DNA of 64,000 nt from Vicugna vicugna (taxonomy: Eukaryota), in the NCBI GenBank assembly GCA_013265495.1, contig MU058059.1, positions 2,889,502 through 2,953,501 of the forward strand, in the 5' to 3' direction. The notes beneath the pieces were generated by a model. That model searched no databases, had not been told where the DNA came from, and saw only the letters and a program-made list of their open reading frames with translations. The position numbers and the translations under genes are program-made. This document shows, piece by piece, positions 10,822 through 23,889 of the stretch; position 1 is the first letter of the stretch, and every line of letters begins with the position of its first letter.

Positions 10822-13759
10822 TTAATCGTCAGACCTGAGTTACCTCATACTTGCAAAGAGAATCAGCATTTCTCCTTGCGCATCCAGCGTTTGATGGAGA
10901 AGAGGGGCGGTTCCACTCGGCAGAGGTGCTGAGTTCTGTCCTGGACCAGGCAGTGCTCTGGGCTCCAGAGCTGGCTGTGACGTCCTCAGAGAGCGTGGGG
11001 TTTCTACCTGGTCCTAGAGACCGACAAAACAGTGCGGTCAGGACTGGAGGGGAGCGGACCTGGGGACATGGATGAGGACCGAGGGGGAGATGCAGGGCCA
11101 TCAGGAGGTTCAGGTGGGAAGCCACCTGAGGCTGCAGAGGTTTCTGGGCAGACAGGAGGGTCTCTGAGGAGAGAGAGCAGCAGGGAAGGACGCGTCTTTG
11201 CAGGTGCCCGGGGTCTGTGTGACTCGGGTCTTTAGGGCAGGGACTGTCCCACCACCTGATGGAGGGGGTGCTGGTTGCTGCACCTTTTACTCAAGACACC
11301 CAGAGGAATCTGGATTTTCAACAAAAGCTGCCACCTTTCTTTGTCCCTTATTTGTAAACGTGGGTCCTGGATGGCGTTCCTCGCCCCGGAGTCTCTGCTG
11401 ATTTTCCCCAAAACGAATCCCCTGTTTGAGGCTGTTGGTGGCTGTTACCCTTTTATTAGGGATCAGTATCATTTCTGTGACGTGCAGAGTTAAAAACAGA
11501 CAACATTAAGAGAGACGTTTGACTTGATGCAAAAACCTTTTAAAACAATATTTAGTCAGGTGCTTTGGTACATGGATGTGTTCCTGAGCCATAGACTGGA
11601 ATGAGTTTCCAACCGTTACCATTACTTAGTGGCGGTTAGATATGGGAAAGGAGACTGCATTCAGGGGAAAGGACCACTTTAATGAGCTGTTTTCTTTTAC
11701 GGAATTTCGATCTGGCTACTGGGCATTTCTCTGTTTTTGTTAGTGATGTCAGTAATCTTCACTGAAACTGGACAGTCTTCATTTTTGGTGAAGAGCAGAG
11801 TCTTGATCCTACGCACTGTCGGTTCCTCTTCCCTGTGCTTTGTTCTGTTGAATTTAGTGGTGTATTTATAATCACGTGAAAACTTCACCACGTATCTCTT
11901 GATTGTGACTGTTAAGGCCTTTTCCTTTTGTTTTAATTTGTTAACCTTTGTGGTTACAAAACAGTCCTAGTGCAGGACTGCCCAAGTGAAAACCTTGTTC
12001 AAGTTGGTTGGGGAAAAAAAAAGTGACATGTTCAGGCTCAGAACAGTTCTTAGCAGAGAAAACAGCCTAATCAAAACAAAAACTGTTTGCTTTGGCTGTT
12101 TCAAGGGATTCTTTGCTGACTTGAAGCAGAGCTCATAGAGAAGGATTGTCTGCCAATTCTTTTCCATAAAATGTTGCAGGCACTGTGACAAGTTTTACAA
12201 ATGTTGCAGCTCCCTTAACTAAAAAGGAAAAAAAAAAAATCAGAGGCGCGGGAATCAAAAGTAAAACAGAATGGTGGACATGACACCATATGAATTTGAT
12301 TTGTAAAAACTGCCATCACATAGCAGCATGGTGAGGCCCTAACTTCGTGCTAACATCAGGAAGGAGGGGTTCTGTCCCTACACTGTGGCTTTTTGAAATC
12401 AGAACACCGCAGATCTGCCCAGGCTGGTTTCCGCGTCCTGGGAACGTCACGTGAGCCCCTCCCTGTGGCTGGCTGTCTGGTCTCTGTTGGAGGATGTTGG
12501 TTGCGCGCAGACGTGCTTCCTGTTTCGGGCCTGTTGGAGAGCGTCATTTGACTGCAGAAAACAAAGCTGTTCCAGAACTGAAAGTGGAATTGGCTTCACC
12601 ACGTTCCCCAACCTTGGAAGTCACGTCTGGTGCGAGGGGTGAAGCGCTGAAGTTCAGCAGCCGTGTCTCTGGCTGCGACACGTTCTGCTCCTGTGACTTT
12701 GTTGTGTAGACCTGACAGGGGAGGCTGCCCCAGGGCTGTGAACACGTCTGCTGGTTGCGCTGGTGTCTGCAGGGCGTTACTAATTATAAAAGCTAGTCGC
12801 GTGTTCTGGGCTTCATCTCAAGAAGGTCATCTGACCTCCGAGAGCTGCATCAGCCCGGCAAATGGGTCTGGGAGGGGGTCCCTGTCTGTCACTGGCCGAC
12901 GTGGGCCACCCCTCACCCCCTGCCTGTTAGGGGCCAGGCAGCGTCGGGCCCCTGGGTCCCACGAAGCCATCAGGAAGTCGTTCCTGTGCAGAATATGTTT
13001 CTAGTCCCCCCGTTTAGCAGGATCCCTTTTGGTTTATTTTTCTTAGTTGTGAAAATTGTGTAAAAAATATTTTTGAAGTCTTCACGTTCTCTATAATGGA
13101 GAAGCATGTACGGTAACATCTGCAGATGAAAATTTAGGATTTTTTAATTATCCAAAGCTTTAAGGACTGATTTGGAAGGGGTGGTGATGCTCAGTGGTTT
13201 GCTTGTTACTATTAAAGTAAATAAAAATTGAAATCGGACTTGTTAATTTGTGTGAATGAATTTTTAAAAGATAACTCTTCCGCACTCCTGACAGTACAAT
13301 CAAGTCACCGTCTGCGAACACGGAGACCTTTAGGGGAATAGTTTTTACATTTGGCCCAAGGCTGTTTGAAATCAAGACTGAGTGTCCATGGGAGAACTTT
13401 CCCCAAGATAATGTGCTTCTAAAGCCATCCCTTCACTCACGTAATTACTAGCTGTAATTTTTAAATAGTTTTTCTGCTCCACCTGTGACATAACAAGCTT
13501 CCTGTGACCGGCAAAGGCTGCCACCCGGGGTCAGGGTAAAACGCGGCACGGCGTGGCTGCCGAGAGTTGTGTGCGGAAGCACAGAATCCACCGGGTCTTC
13601 ACGGAAACTGGCGGACTTCTGCTTTCTCCTTTTGGGATTTTGTGAGGTCAGGTTTTTTGGTTTTTGTCTGTTTTTCTGGTACAAAAATGTGCAAAGAGTA
13701 TGATCATTACGACCGATGACGACATAATTTTGCTTTATCACCATTTGTTTTATTCACAG

Positions 13760-13820
13760 GTGTTGACTTTAAAATCAAAACCGTAGAGCTAAGAGGAAAG
13801 AAAATTAGATTACAGATCTG
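13760..13820 (+). CDS. RAB12: RAB12 coding exon 2
   Basis: ttattcacAG|GT GTT GAC TTT...ATC TG|GTAAGT; encodes (G)[19 protein letters not shown](W); 61 nt. Confidence 0.97.
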
Positions 13821-16800
13821 GTAAGTGGGGACTCTGCCCCCAGCAATTGCCATGTGTGTTTAACAATCCATACGCTTGTCTAATACAAGTCGCTGTCCAA
13901 GCGCTGGTCTGTCTCTCCTGCGGGTCCCTCCCCTTCATTCACGTTCAGATGAAGTGAGCGGCGCTTCCTTCAAGAGAGAGGGTTTAGAAAAGAGTCCACT
14001 TGTCTCAGACCCCGTTTGCACACGGGAGTGTGGAAGGAAGAATGTCACTTTCGTGACAGCTAGTGAGTGTGGGGCCTTCTGTCTCTAGTTTCAGCTCATT
14101 TGCCAAAACCGTCATTGCTCAAATGCTGGCTCAGATGTGTGTCTTCATGTTTTTAATGTCGCTTTGAGAGCCTTCAGAGAGGGTCCAGGATGTCCCTCCC
14201 GGAACATCCAGAGTTGCACGATTTCAGGGCCCATCACCCGCAGACCGTGTGCCTGGCGGCACCGCGAGACCGCAGCAGTGGGATGTGCGCCTTCCCGGCC
14301 GCGTCACTGGTCCACGCGGCGGGAGCCCCGAGCCCTTCCGCGCGTCAGGGTTGTAGGAGAGACTCAACCAGCTGTGTTGGTGATGACTGGTCAGCACTGG
14401 GAGCCTCCCCCCCCCCCCCGCGGGAGAGGGGACCAGGCGAGGTGCAGCGCGTGGCCCCGTGGAGGTGTCCTGAAGATGCCCTTTGTCTTAACAGAGCCCC
14501 GGCCGCAGTGCCCGCAGCTACTAACTCCTCCCGGCAGGTCACCTCAGCTCTGAGTGTCTGTCCACCTGTGTGTGTCTGCTCTCATCTGCGGTCACTGCCG
14601 CCTCATCTCTGGCTTCACCGGTCACCTAGCGCTTGCGTGTTGTCCATGTCTCCATGCCTCATCCGTGTCCCGTCCGGGCACCGCTGCCCCGACCCGCAGG
14701 TGCCCACGGATGCGCCCGAGGTAACGTCCCCGTGGTCCTCGCGAGCTGCTTACCCCACTCTGGGGTGGGGGGTGCTTTTCTGTCTTCTGTTCTGGTTTTC
14801 TGTATTTTTGTTTGGGGCTTGATGATGAAGTGTTGGCAGTCCCGCCTAAATACGCGAAAACCGAAAGCGCCTACTCTGGTCGTCCGCCCAGGAGTGGGAA
14901 GGCAGCAGGCTGCGTCCTGCGCACTGCTGCCCGGCCGCGAGCTCCGGGAGCTGCAGTGGCGCAGCTGTCGCAGAGCCGCTGTTCTAACTGTCGGCTCTTC
15001 AAGGCTAAGGCTGCCTTGGGGAGGAGTCTCGTGCACTTGGCACCGTGGGGGAGACCCTTTCTGGTGGACATGGCCTCACGAAGGGGACACGGCTCGTGTG
15101 AGCTTGTCTGTGAGGCTGCTGGGGGCAACAGCAGTGTCAAAGTGGTGACATCCTGGCCCGTCGCCATTAACGTGTCGCTGCTTCGGTCCCTCTCAGGCAG
15201 TGGTAATCCGGCTTACAGAAGGGTGTACGTCCGAGGTCCTGTGCCCCGGAACCTGCCCGCCTGAGGCCGTTTTTGCTGGTGATGTTGGATCCTGCTGGAG
15301 TCTAACTGCCTCCCTCTGACTCTGATCTAAGAGGCTCTAGCTGCCAGTTTTCTACCGGGGGTCCCCTGTGGGTCAGTGAGGAAGCAGAACTTGTCCTTCC
15401 CAGAGGGGTTTTCACCAGTGCGCAGTGGGCCGCAAACACCGGCTACTCGCTCCCCACCTGAGACTCAGGAGGGGTCTGCCTTCTGGAGTATTTTATTTAA
15501 AGGAAGAAGCCTTTCTCTTCACCACTGTCACCCCATAGGTGGGACCAGCTGGAGGCATGGCTCAGTATGTAAAGCAACGCGCGGTGTGTTTGGCGTTGGG
15601 AGATGTCCCTGTGCTGTGGCTGTTGTCACCTGCCTCGCTGTGGGCCTCTTGTCATCCCTCTGTCACAGTCGAGGGTGCGGGAGGAGCTGGTGTGGCTGGG
15701 GGGAGCTCTTCAGGGGGCTGACCTGGGCTGAGTCCGTGGAGGTGCTGGGGCCGGTCTTCACAAGGAGGGCTTGTTAGACGAAACGCGTCCTTTCCTGATG
15801 ATGTCTGGATCTAGCCAACCATAGAAACTGTTATTTACTGTGGATCCCTAGAAGTCTAAGGTACCAAAAGCCTCAGATGTCATTGTCATATTTTTAGGTC
15901 ACATTTTATGTCACCGCTGCATTTAAGTTCCTTGATTATCTGTGGTTAGAAAAAGGACCATTTTCCCGTCTCTGCATGAAGGGTTTCTACATGTGTGTGC
16001 GTAGAACTTGGTGGGAGTACAGCTAAAATAGGACGTCGACCAGAACGTGGTCCACAAACTTGCATCCACGTGCTCTCCCAGGAACGATGCACAGACTCAG
16101 AGTCGTTGTGTTGAAGCAGACTTGGCACTGAGAGGCCAGCCTCCTGTCTTCAGGAGCAAATAGACGCTTCATCTGGAGGCGCCTTGGTTCTGCCCGTCGA
16201 GCAGCGTTCCCTGTTGGGCAGGCGGTGCTAACCCGCGTCCGTACGGGGACGTCGAGCTTGTGTCCTTCGTTCTCCTCGAAGAGGTCGAACACTCACGCTC
16301 TGAAGTGGGTTCCCGCCTGCAGAGTAGGAATTGTGTCGTTGAAGTGGACACAGTAAACACAAAAAATGAGGCCCTTTGTGTTTTCACAGCATGGTTGTAT
16401 TACCAGACCGGGGAAACAGGGTTGTAGAAATTTTTTAGTTTGCCCCAGAAGCAGAGAGAGAAATGTGAACAAAATCATATTCCACCTGTAATAAACGATG
16501 GTTTAGCTGATGTTAACAACCTGAAAATCTCCAGAAATCAGCTCTTTGTTATGACAGTGAAATTTCAAGTTCATCCTAAAGACAGGAAATGTTAGGCTTC
16601 TGTGTCTTTCTGGGCAGATAAAAGTATGATCAGCGCATTGGTGTCTTGGTGTCACGTGGCTGTTTGAAAGCGAAGAGTTGTGTGGAATTTTCAGTCCTGG
16701 CTCAGTAGGTGTGTAAGGAATCCTTGTTGAGCTGAACTGGGTTTCATTCACTCTGCTCTTTGACCATACGTGGTAGCAGATAATTCAGGAGGGAGCTGAA

Positions 16801-17555
16801 TCAGGCAGAAGAACTTTTGAGAGGAATAGAAAATAAAAACACTTGCAACCCAGATATTTTGGGGATATGGAAAGACTCTTCCAAAGGAACATGCTTTTCT
16901 ACCTCGAGCAGTCAGAGCCAGGCACAGAAAGTGGCGTTTAAGGAGTGGCCTTCATGTTTCCTCGCTGGGGTTCAGGGTCATTTGTTTGTTAGATTCCCTC
17001 CGATTGTGCACATTGAGGCCTCTGTCCTGTGTGTGTGTCTGACTTCAGGCTGACAGGACAGCTACTTTTACCGCGTTTCTAACGCTCTTAAGTGTGCTGC
17101 TCATGCAAGACGTTTATTTTAAACAGATCAAAAATGCCTCTTACTGTTCTGATTCCTCAATAGCTGGATTTTTATTAAAGCTTCTCCTAGACATAGGTAA
17201 CGGTGCTGTACTGTGCACCCACGCCTCCAGGGGTAGACCTCATGTTGTGTTCTTGCCACGATAAAATAAAAATAATTTTCCAAAAACTCCTATTATTTCT
17301 AATCTCTTGAGCCCCTAGTTTCTGGATTCTAATTCAGTGAACTTGTATAAAAACGAATACGAAATTGGTTTGCACTAGAAGCCAGCTTAAAATCCTTAGA
17401 ATGAAGGTTCGCGAAAGCGCGTAACTCCCGCAGCGCTCAGGGAAGAGCTTGTGTGTAGCTGCTGTGCAAACTGGTGGAGCCGCTGTGTTGTGCTCATCCC
17501 AGGTTGCAGAGCAGAAAACGTGTGTTATTTTGCTTTTAAAGAAACAACTGAGACA

Positions 17556-17645
17556 GGGAGTGGGCATAGCTCAGTGGCAGAGATGCATGCTTAGCGTGCA
17601 TGAGGGCCTGGGTTCATCTTCCCGTACCTCCATTAAGAAAAAGAG
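17556..17645 (+). mobile_element. Vic-1-like tRNA-derived SINE
   Basis: 'catagctcagtggcagag...ctgggttcatc...acctccattaagaaaa'; TSD aagaaacaactgaga (17539-17553)/aagaaatgaatgaga (17646-17660), 12/15 identical, at a TTTT/AAAG L1-endonuclease-type site. Confidence 0.8.
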
Positions 17646-18931
17646 AAGAAATGAATGAGAAGTGTTCAGACAGCACAGACAATTTTTTAAAACATTAAAA
17701 ATACTGTATCGAATTTTAATAAGCCACCACTCGTGATAGGAGGAGAAATCATGCTCTGAAAGATTTCGGTCTTCACTGGTTTGAGAATATTAAGTGCACC
17801 CCTGAGTGCTGAGGATCCCAGAAACAACTGTATCTGTTGGTTCCTCGTGTGGGTGAAATGGTGTCTCAGTCAGTCCCTTCTCACCCACTTTAGCATCTTT
17901 CAGTTGGTGTTAGAAATCCTGAAGGATTCAGCCCCCGCTATTTTCAGTTTTCCAAATTGGGGGCAGTTCTGGGTCAAAAAACAAAGTTTATTGTGCCTTG
18001 GAGTGGCACCCACTTCTGCATGTTACCCGGGTGGCCGTGTTTGGCACGTGGACGTGGAGGGCCTGTGGTGGGCCAGGCAGGCCGGCCTCGGCCCCCAGGC
18101 CTCCCGTCCAGGGGCCCAGGGAGGCTGCCAGCCTCTGGAGCAAAGCTTGCTTCATGGGAGGGTCACGTGCCCTGGGGTGTGCCGTGAGCTAGGGGGCTTT
18201 GGGAAAAGCTAAGCTACAGATCATCTCTAAGGAGCTGTCTTCCTGCTCAGCAGACCTGCTCTGCTGAGCCTCGTTTGTAAGTTTATGGAGGTTCTCACGC
18301 AGTTTCTTGGCTTCTTAGACGGAGAAGGTGGGTCTCGGCCAGCTTCTGTGCACTGTTAACGAGCTTGTGTCATTCTTCATGTTGAAACGGGCGGCTTTTC
18401 CTGGAGAAGAATTAAAGGTCTAGATTCCAAAGGAGCAGTCGCAGAGTCGTGAACTTGACTGTGTTTGCAAACCTACTTGGCCACCTCTTCCTCCTTTTCC
18501 ACTTACTCTGTTGGCAGAGATTAAGAACATGTTAAGACTGATTCTAGAGCATTTTTCATTAGTGGGGACTCGTGGTCATCTTATCAGCAAAATCAGGTGT
18601 TTGCCAGCAGGTTGGGTTAAAAGAGTGTTGTAGCCGTAAATTGTTCCAGTTTCCATCCATGCATTTTGTCACTGTTGGTAATTACTTCGTGTACAGGGTG
18701 CTGTACTTTCCACCATTGTACACGGCACTGACTTATGTTCACAATCTTGGTTTGAAAGAAATTGGGGCTTCCTTATGATTTTGTTTGGATGTGCCTAGCT
18801 CGGAAAAGCTGCCCCTGCTCATAACGAATATGCACACGTGCACAGATGTGTGAGGAGTTGCCTGGTGCCCGGAAGGCGTCGGCCAGTGGTTGGGCCGTGG
18901 CTCTCCCCAGTCTGCGCTGTTTGGGAACTGA

Positions 18932-19180
<249 letters not shown>

Positions 19181-20777
19181 TAATCCAGATGACAGCGTTC
19201 AGAGTAGATCTGTAGTCCTGCCTTACACATGAGGCAGAGAAGAGTGTAAATGTCTCCAGAATCAGCTTATAAATAATACAGCCAGCATTTTCATCCTGGT
19301 GCCTGGGCCATCTGACATCAAAGCCCAAACTTGCTCACTCCACGCTGTCAGGTGGCTTCCGTGCAATCAGATTCAAGTACTGTGTGTTTCTGCAGAAAGT
19401 TCACTTGCACAGTCAAGCTCAGAGTGTCCACAGAGTGACAGCCCCACAGGGGTGGCCTTCTCCACTATGCCTGTGGACGTGCCAAGGACCTGGGTCATCA
19501 CTGGACATTTGCCCTCAGAATTCTAGGTGGCCTCCACCTCCTCATTGTGAACTAAGATCTTACCCTTTGGATCACAGTGGACTATGTAGAGATAATCTGG
19601 GTCTGTATGATTGATGTGGTCCGTGGGTTCCCCTCTAAGAAATGGGTACCCAGGGTTCACATGGAGAAGACACAGCCACTGAGGGGGAGATGTGGTGGTA
19701 AGCAGTGATCATATTTTGAGAGTTTTCTTCCCCCTTATTCAGTAATTTGATGTTTGATTCCTTTGCATAGCAAGCACACTTAATGTATTATAAGTTGAAT
19801 TTTGTTTACAAATTGTGTTAACCCGTTTGTTAGATGATGCTGGAGAATGTCCATCTGCAGGTTGTACCAAGCATATTTTTAGTGTCTGCCTCTTTAAAAT
19901 GTGTTAGGGAGCAGGGTTGCCGGGGTTACTGAGGTGATGAGCCTAGAGCAGGTCTGGGCTCTGCGATGGTGAGGATGACCCTACCCCCGATGCTGAAGCC
20001 ATGGAGTGTGCCCGAGTCCCCTGGCTGATGTCACCCGCTTAGGTGCCTTGTGCTGAAGTCTGTCTCAGGTCACGCTCGAAGTTACCCCAGATTCAGCGAG
20101 TGACTCAAGAGGGATTAACCTTTTTAAAGAGAACTTCTACTGTGCCGGTACATTTTTTTAACTTAGAACTGGAGCTTAATGTTTCCTGACTATAAAACTA
20201 ATGGTACCTTGTCATTATAGAAAATTCAAAAAACCAAGCACAAAACTAAATGTTAAAAATCCTTAGTTCTGTCATCCAGAAAAACTGGATTGCATCCGAA
20301 CTCCGTGTAGTTTTACATCCTGCTTATTTCACTAAATATTCTGTCACCACGGCCTTCCTTTGTCAGATATATGGTCTTCCAAAGCATATGTTTTGTTTCA
20401 TCATGACTTTATTTTTTTATGTACCTGAACTTATTTCATTCTTCACACATATTTTGTGGGATTTTCAGTTTATTTCTGACTGAGTATAGAAGTTTGCCTG
20501 TATTTCAAATCGTTTCCTCAGGGTAGATTCTTAGGAGTTTGGGTCAAAGGCTGAGAATGTTGGGGTCCGTCAGGCCTGGGACCACGATGCTTTCTGAAAC
20601 GCTGCAGGCCAGGCAGGAGCTCTGCCCAGACAGAGCAGGTGCTCAGAGACTCAAGGAGGGAGAAGCATCTGTGGCTGTGGCCAGCGTGTCCCGTGGTTGG
20701 CCTGTCCCGTGGTCGGCGTGTCCCGTGGCGTGTGACACGCCCGCCGCTGAGATGCCGCTTCTCTCCCCATCCCACAG

Positions 20778-20867
20778 TACGCTTCGGAAGACGCAGAACT
20801 TCTCTTGGTGGGAAATAAGTTGGACTGTGAAACGGACAGAGAAATCAGCAGACAGCAGGGAGAAAAG
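20778..20867 (+). CDS. RAB12: RAB12 coding exon 4
   Basis: cccacAG|TAC GCT...GAA AAG|GTGAGA; [30 protein letters not shown] with G4 motif NKLD; 90 nt. Confidence 0.97.
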
Positions 20868-21494
20868 GTGAGAAACGGAGCAGGAGAGGGTGGCCCCAGC
20901 TCCACCTCGGCACGGCCAGCACGTGGCATCCTTTTCTTTTAAATAAGTTACTTTATAATTATTTCATAACTTAATACAAGTTATCTCCCCGTCACATCCT
21001 CCTTCCTTGTTTGCTTTTGTTAACTTCCTGCTCCTTTAAATTTGGTTTGACATGGAGGGGAAAAAACACATTAATATTACTGCATTTTATGTATATATAT
21101 ATAATGCATATAATCTATCCTGACATTTTACACAGAGAAACGTTCTTTTAAACCATGTAATGGCTTTCATGGTTTCCTCGGAGAGTCAGTGATACTCACA
21201 TTTTAAATGTCAGGTACACTGCAGTTTTATAAACTTGCGTGCATAGTTGGACTTGAAGGTCCTGGTATCACTTTAGGGATTTTGTTTGTTTTGTTGTTTC
21301 CTTATAACATAGGAATTTGCTGCACTCGTGAACTTTATATTTGAGGGTAAACAGGACTCCTCCAAACTTTTGGGCCCCCCCACCCCCAGTTAAAGCAGAA
21401 GCCCCAGAGCTATGATTCCCCAGGCACAGGCCTCGTGCTTGTCCTGTAGGCTGTGTAGCATGGAACCCACAGAGAAGAATAATTTTTTTCTTAG

Positions 21495-21599
21495 TTTGCA
21501 CAGCAGATAACTGGGATGCGGTTCTGTGAAGCAAGTGCCAAGGATAACTTCAATGTGGATGAAATATTTCTGAAACTTGTTGATGACATCCTGAAAAAG
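21495..21599 (+). CDS. RAB12: RAB12 coding exon 5
   Basis: tttttttcttAG|TTT GCA...AAA AAG|GTAAAA; [35 protein letters not shown] with G5 motif EASAK; 105 nt. Confidence 0.97.
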
Positions 21600-22512
21600 G
21601 TAAAAAAAAAAAATCCTACATCATCAAAGTGTTGCATCTGAAACCTGTTCTGTTTCCTTTGCTGTTTTTTGGCTGGGAACTTTGTGTTTAGAAAGGGAAG
21701 CATGGTGGTGGTTGTCAGGCTGGAGGAGCAGGGAGCTGCGCGCTCAGTCCAGGGTTTCAGTGTCCACTAAGGACGCCGGCCCCGTCCAGGCTTCTGGCTC
21801 AGCCGTACACACGGATTGGGGGAGCAGCTGGAGCTGGTGTGACAGTGGGCTGTGCGTTTTACATCCACTTCTCTCTTTTTTTGCATTTTCCCACAAGAAT
21901 CAAGTTAGATACAGCCGGGGGGGGGGGGTCTTGTCTCCCCTCCACTGCCCGTCTGAGGGGCCTGAGGCCATCACAAGACCCTTCACAGCCCCACCGGCGG
22001 AAACATGGCTTCCCTAACAGCAGCACTTGCTCAGGGTTTGTCAGCATCACATCTAAAGATTTCTTAGTGAGACCTTCAAGTGCACTTATATTACTGTGAC
22101 GCAGTCTGCTCCGGTCAGATGCTTCTCACACCAGGGTTGTCTGTGTAATTGCCAAGAGAAGCCACTCCTTTCTCTGGTAATGCTGTAACCCCTGAGGTCG
22201 CAGAACCATCTTTCATTCTTTGATACATTACATTTTCGTTACAGTGGGCCGTGGAAACAGTTTATGAGGTCTGCCTGGTTTCTTCCACCGGAGGGTATGA
22301 CACAGGCTGGGTGGTGTTTGTGCAAGGGTTGAATGAAACTCCCTGAAACCTGGTTTAGTTTTTGGCTTAATATTTTAATGTCTAGGTGAGCGCTGATGAT
22401 TTGGAGAGTTTTCTCTGAAAGATACTTTGTTTTTACACAAGGGCATGGTTTGCAGAGTGACTTGTACATTGTGTGGTTAAACTGCACCTGTCTCTTTTCC
22501 TTTGTTCTCCAG

Positions 22513-22626
22513 ATGCCTCTGGACGTGCTAAGGAACGAGCTGTCCAACAGCATCCTCTCGCTGCAGCCGGAGCCTGAGATCCCCCCGGAGCTGCCCCCGC
22601 CCCGACCTCACGTCCGGTGCTGTTGA
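22513..22626 (+). CDS. RAB12: RAB12 coding exon 6 (last)
   Basis: ttctccAG|ATG CCT...TGC TGT TGA; [37 protein letters not shown], ending in the CC geranylgeranylation motif. Confidence 0.97.
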   Translation: MPLDVLRNELSNSILSLQPEPEIPPELPPPRPHVRCC

Positions 22627-23695
22627 CGTGCTACGTTGGAGACACGGCGGAGGCGGTTCCTGGACAGGGAAGTGTTCCGTTCTGCACTACAATCGTTTCG
22701 ACAATTTCCTTCCGCACTTTGTAATCCAAGTCAGAGCTATACACTAACTTGTAAATATGCAAATATGCAATCCTGGGTGAGTTTCGGTTATGAATTACAT
22801 GCTTCCCTCCAAATTGTTATATTTCATTCATGATCCCAGTGCCTCATCTGTGTACACTGGGAGACGTAGTACTTCTAATATGAAGAGCAGGAGAAATGAG
22901 AGCTATAATGTGTCTTGAAGTAAATAATATAATTGTCCTTGTTAATTCTCTTATGAGGACAGAAGATAGTCTGAAAAGAAAGAATGTGGTGCTTTGCTTA
23001 CCGTTTTAAAGAAAATTCGTAAAACTAAAGACTTTTTGGGGGAAAAAGCTACCCTGAAAGCTTTTCCTTTATTTACATTTCTCCCAGCTGTAGCGCCTTT
23101 GAGGTATTGGAGTGTCTCCCACAAAGCAAAGCTCCATCCGTAGCCGTCTCGAAGGTTATTTGTTCACCTCACATACCAGTAGAACTGACTAGTTGAGGGG
23201 CAGGACTTGACTTGATCCTAAGCCGAAGAATCTCTCCGGTTTCCTAATGGATGAGTCCTGTGCTTCTAAGAACTACAAAGATTCAAAAAAGAAATGTTTT
23301 TGAAACAATAGAAGATTTGAAATGAACGCTGCTGTCCTAAACCAATCCTGTTTAAAGGAATTTTAAAGAGATACATTTTACTATATCAGAGAACACACAT
23401 GTATTTGCCTAAACCTTCTCTATACCTTTGTAATGATGAAACTTCCCCCTTGATGGTGAAGCTTACTCCTATATAAGCCTGGACTGTGTTCTTTTTTTCT
23501 TTTTTCCTGGTCTGATAATGGATTTGTGAACTCTATCTTTGGCAGATCTTCCTTTATTAAACTGCACTGTTTAGTCAAGGTGAATAAGTCATTATGTATT
23601 TGAATAACTTGGCGTGTCTTGAGTGTCGTGGTATGAAAAGCATTGTGTTTCTACACTAATGAAGTGCAAATAAAATTTTGTATTTATGAATGACA
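22627..23695 (+). other. RAB12: RAB12 3' UTR (3' end approximate)
   Basis: AT-rich sequence after the stop codon; Pumilio-type TGTAAATA at 22750-22757; end inferred from AATAAA at 23669. Confidence 0.7.
23669..23674 (+). terminator. RAB12 poly(A) signal AATAAA
   Basis: Canonical hexamer with U-rich flanks, followed within ~200 bp by repeat-derived sequence; variant ATTAAA at 23556-23561 may be a proximal site. Confidence 0.7.
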
Positions 23696-23889
23696 GTTGA
23701 GTTGCCACATTTATTTGTGCAGTTGTGAATTATGGATTTGACGACAATTCTTCCAAAACAACACATCGTAGTCATGTGAGTATTTTAGAAAAGAAAAAAA
23801 CAGCCTCATCTGCTGTGGAAGACACCTGGGCCATTTCGCAAAAGTTTTTGACACAGAGCTCCCACCTTGGTCTGTATTCCCCACCAAAA

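Noticed and set aside
18901-18910. Cryptic acceptor ctctccccAG 38 nt upstream of exon 3
   Set aside because: Its use would frameshift; the true acceptor has a good branch point (ctgac ~18928) and gives the conserved protein.
19934-19996. Box C (GTGATGA) and box D (CTGA) spaced ~60 nt apart in RAB12 intron 3
   Set aside because: No terminal stem and no recognisable rRNA guide; such motifs occur by chance.
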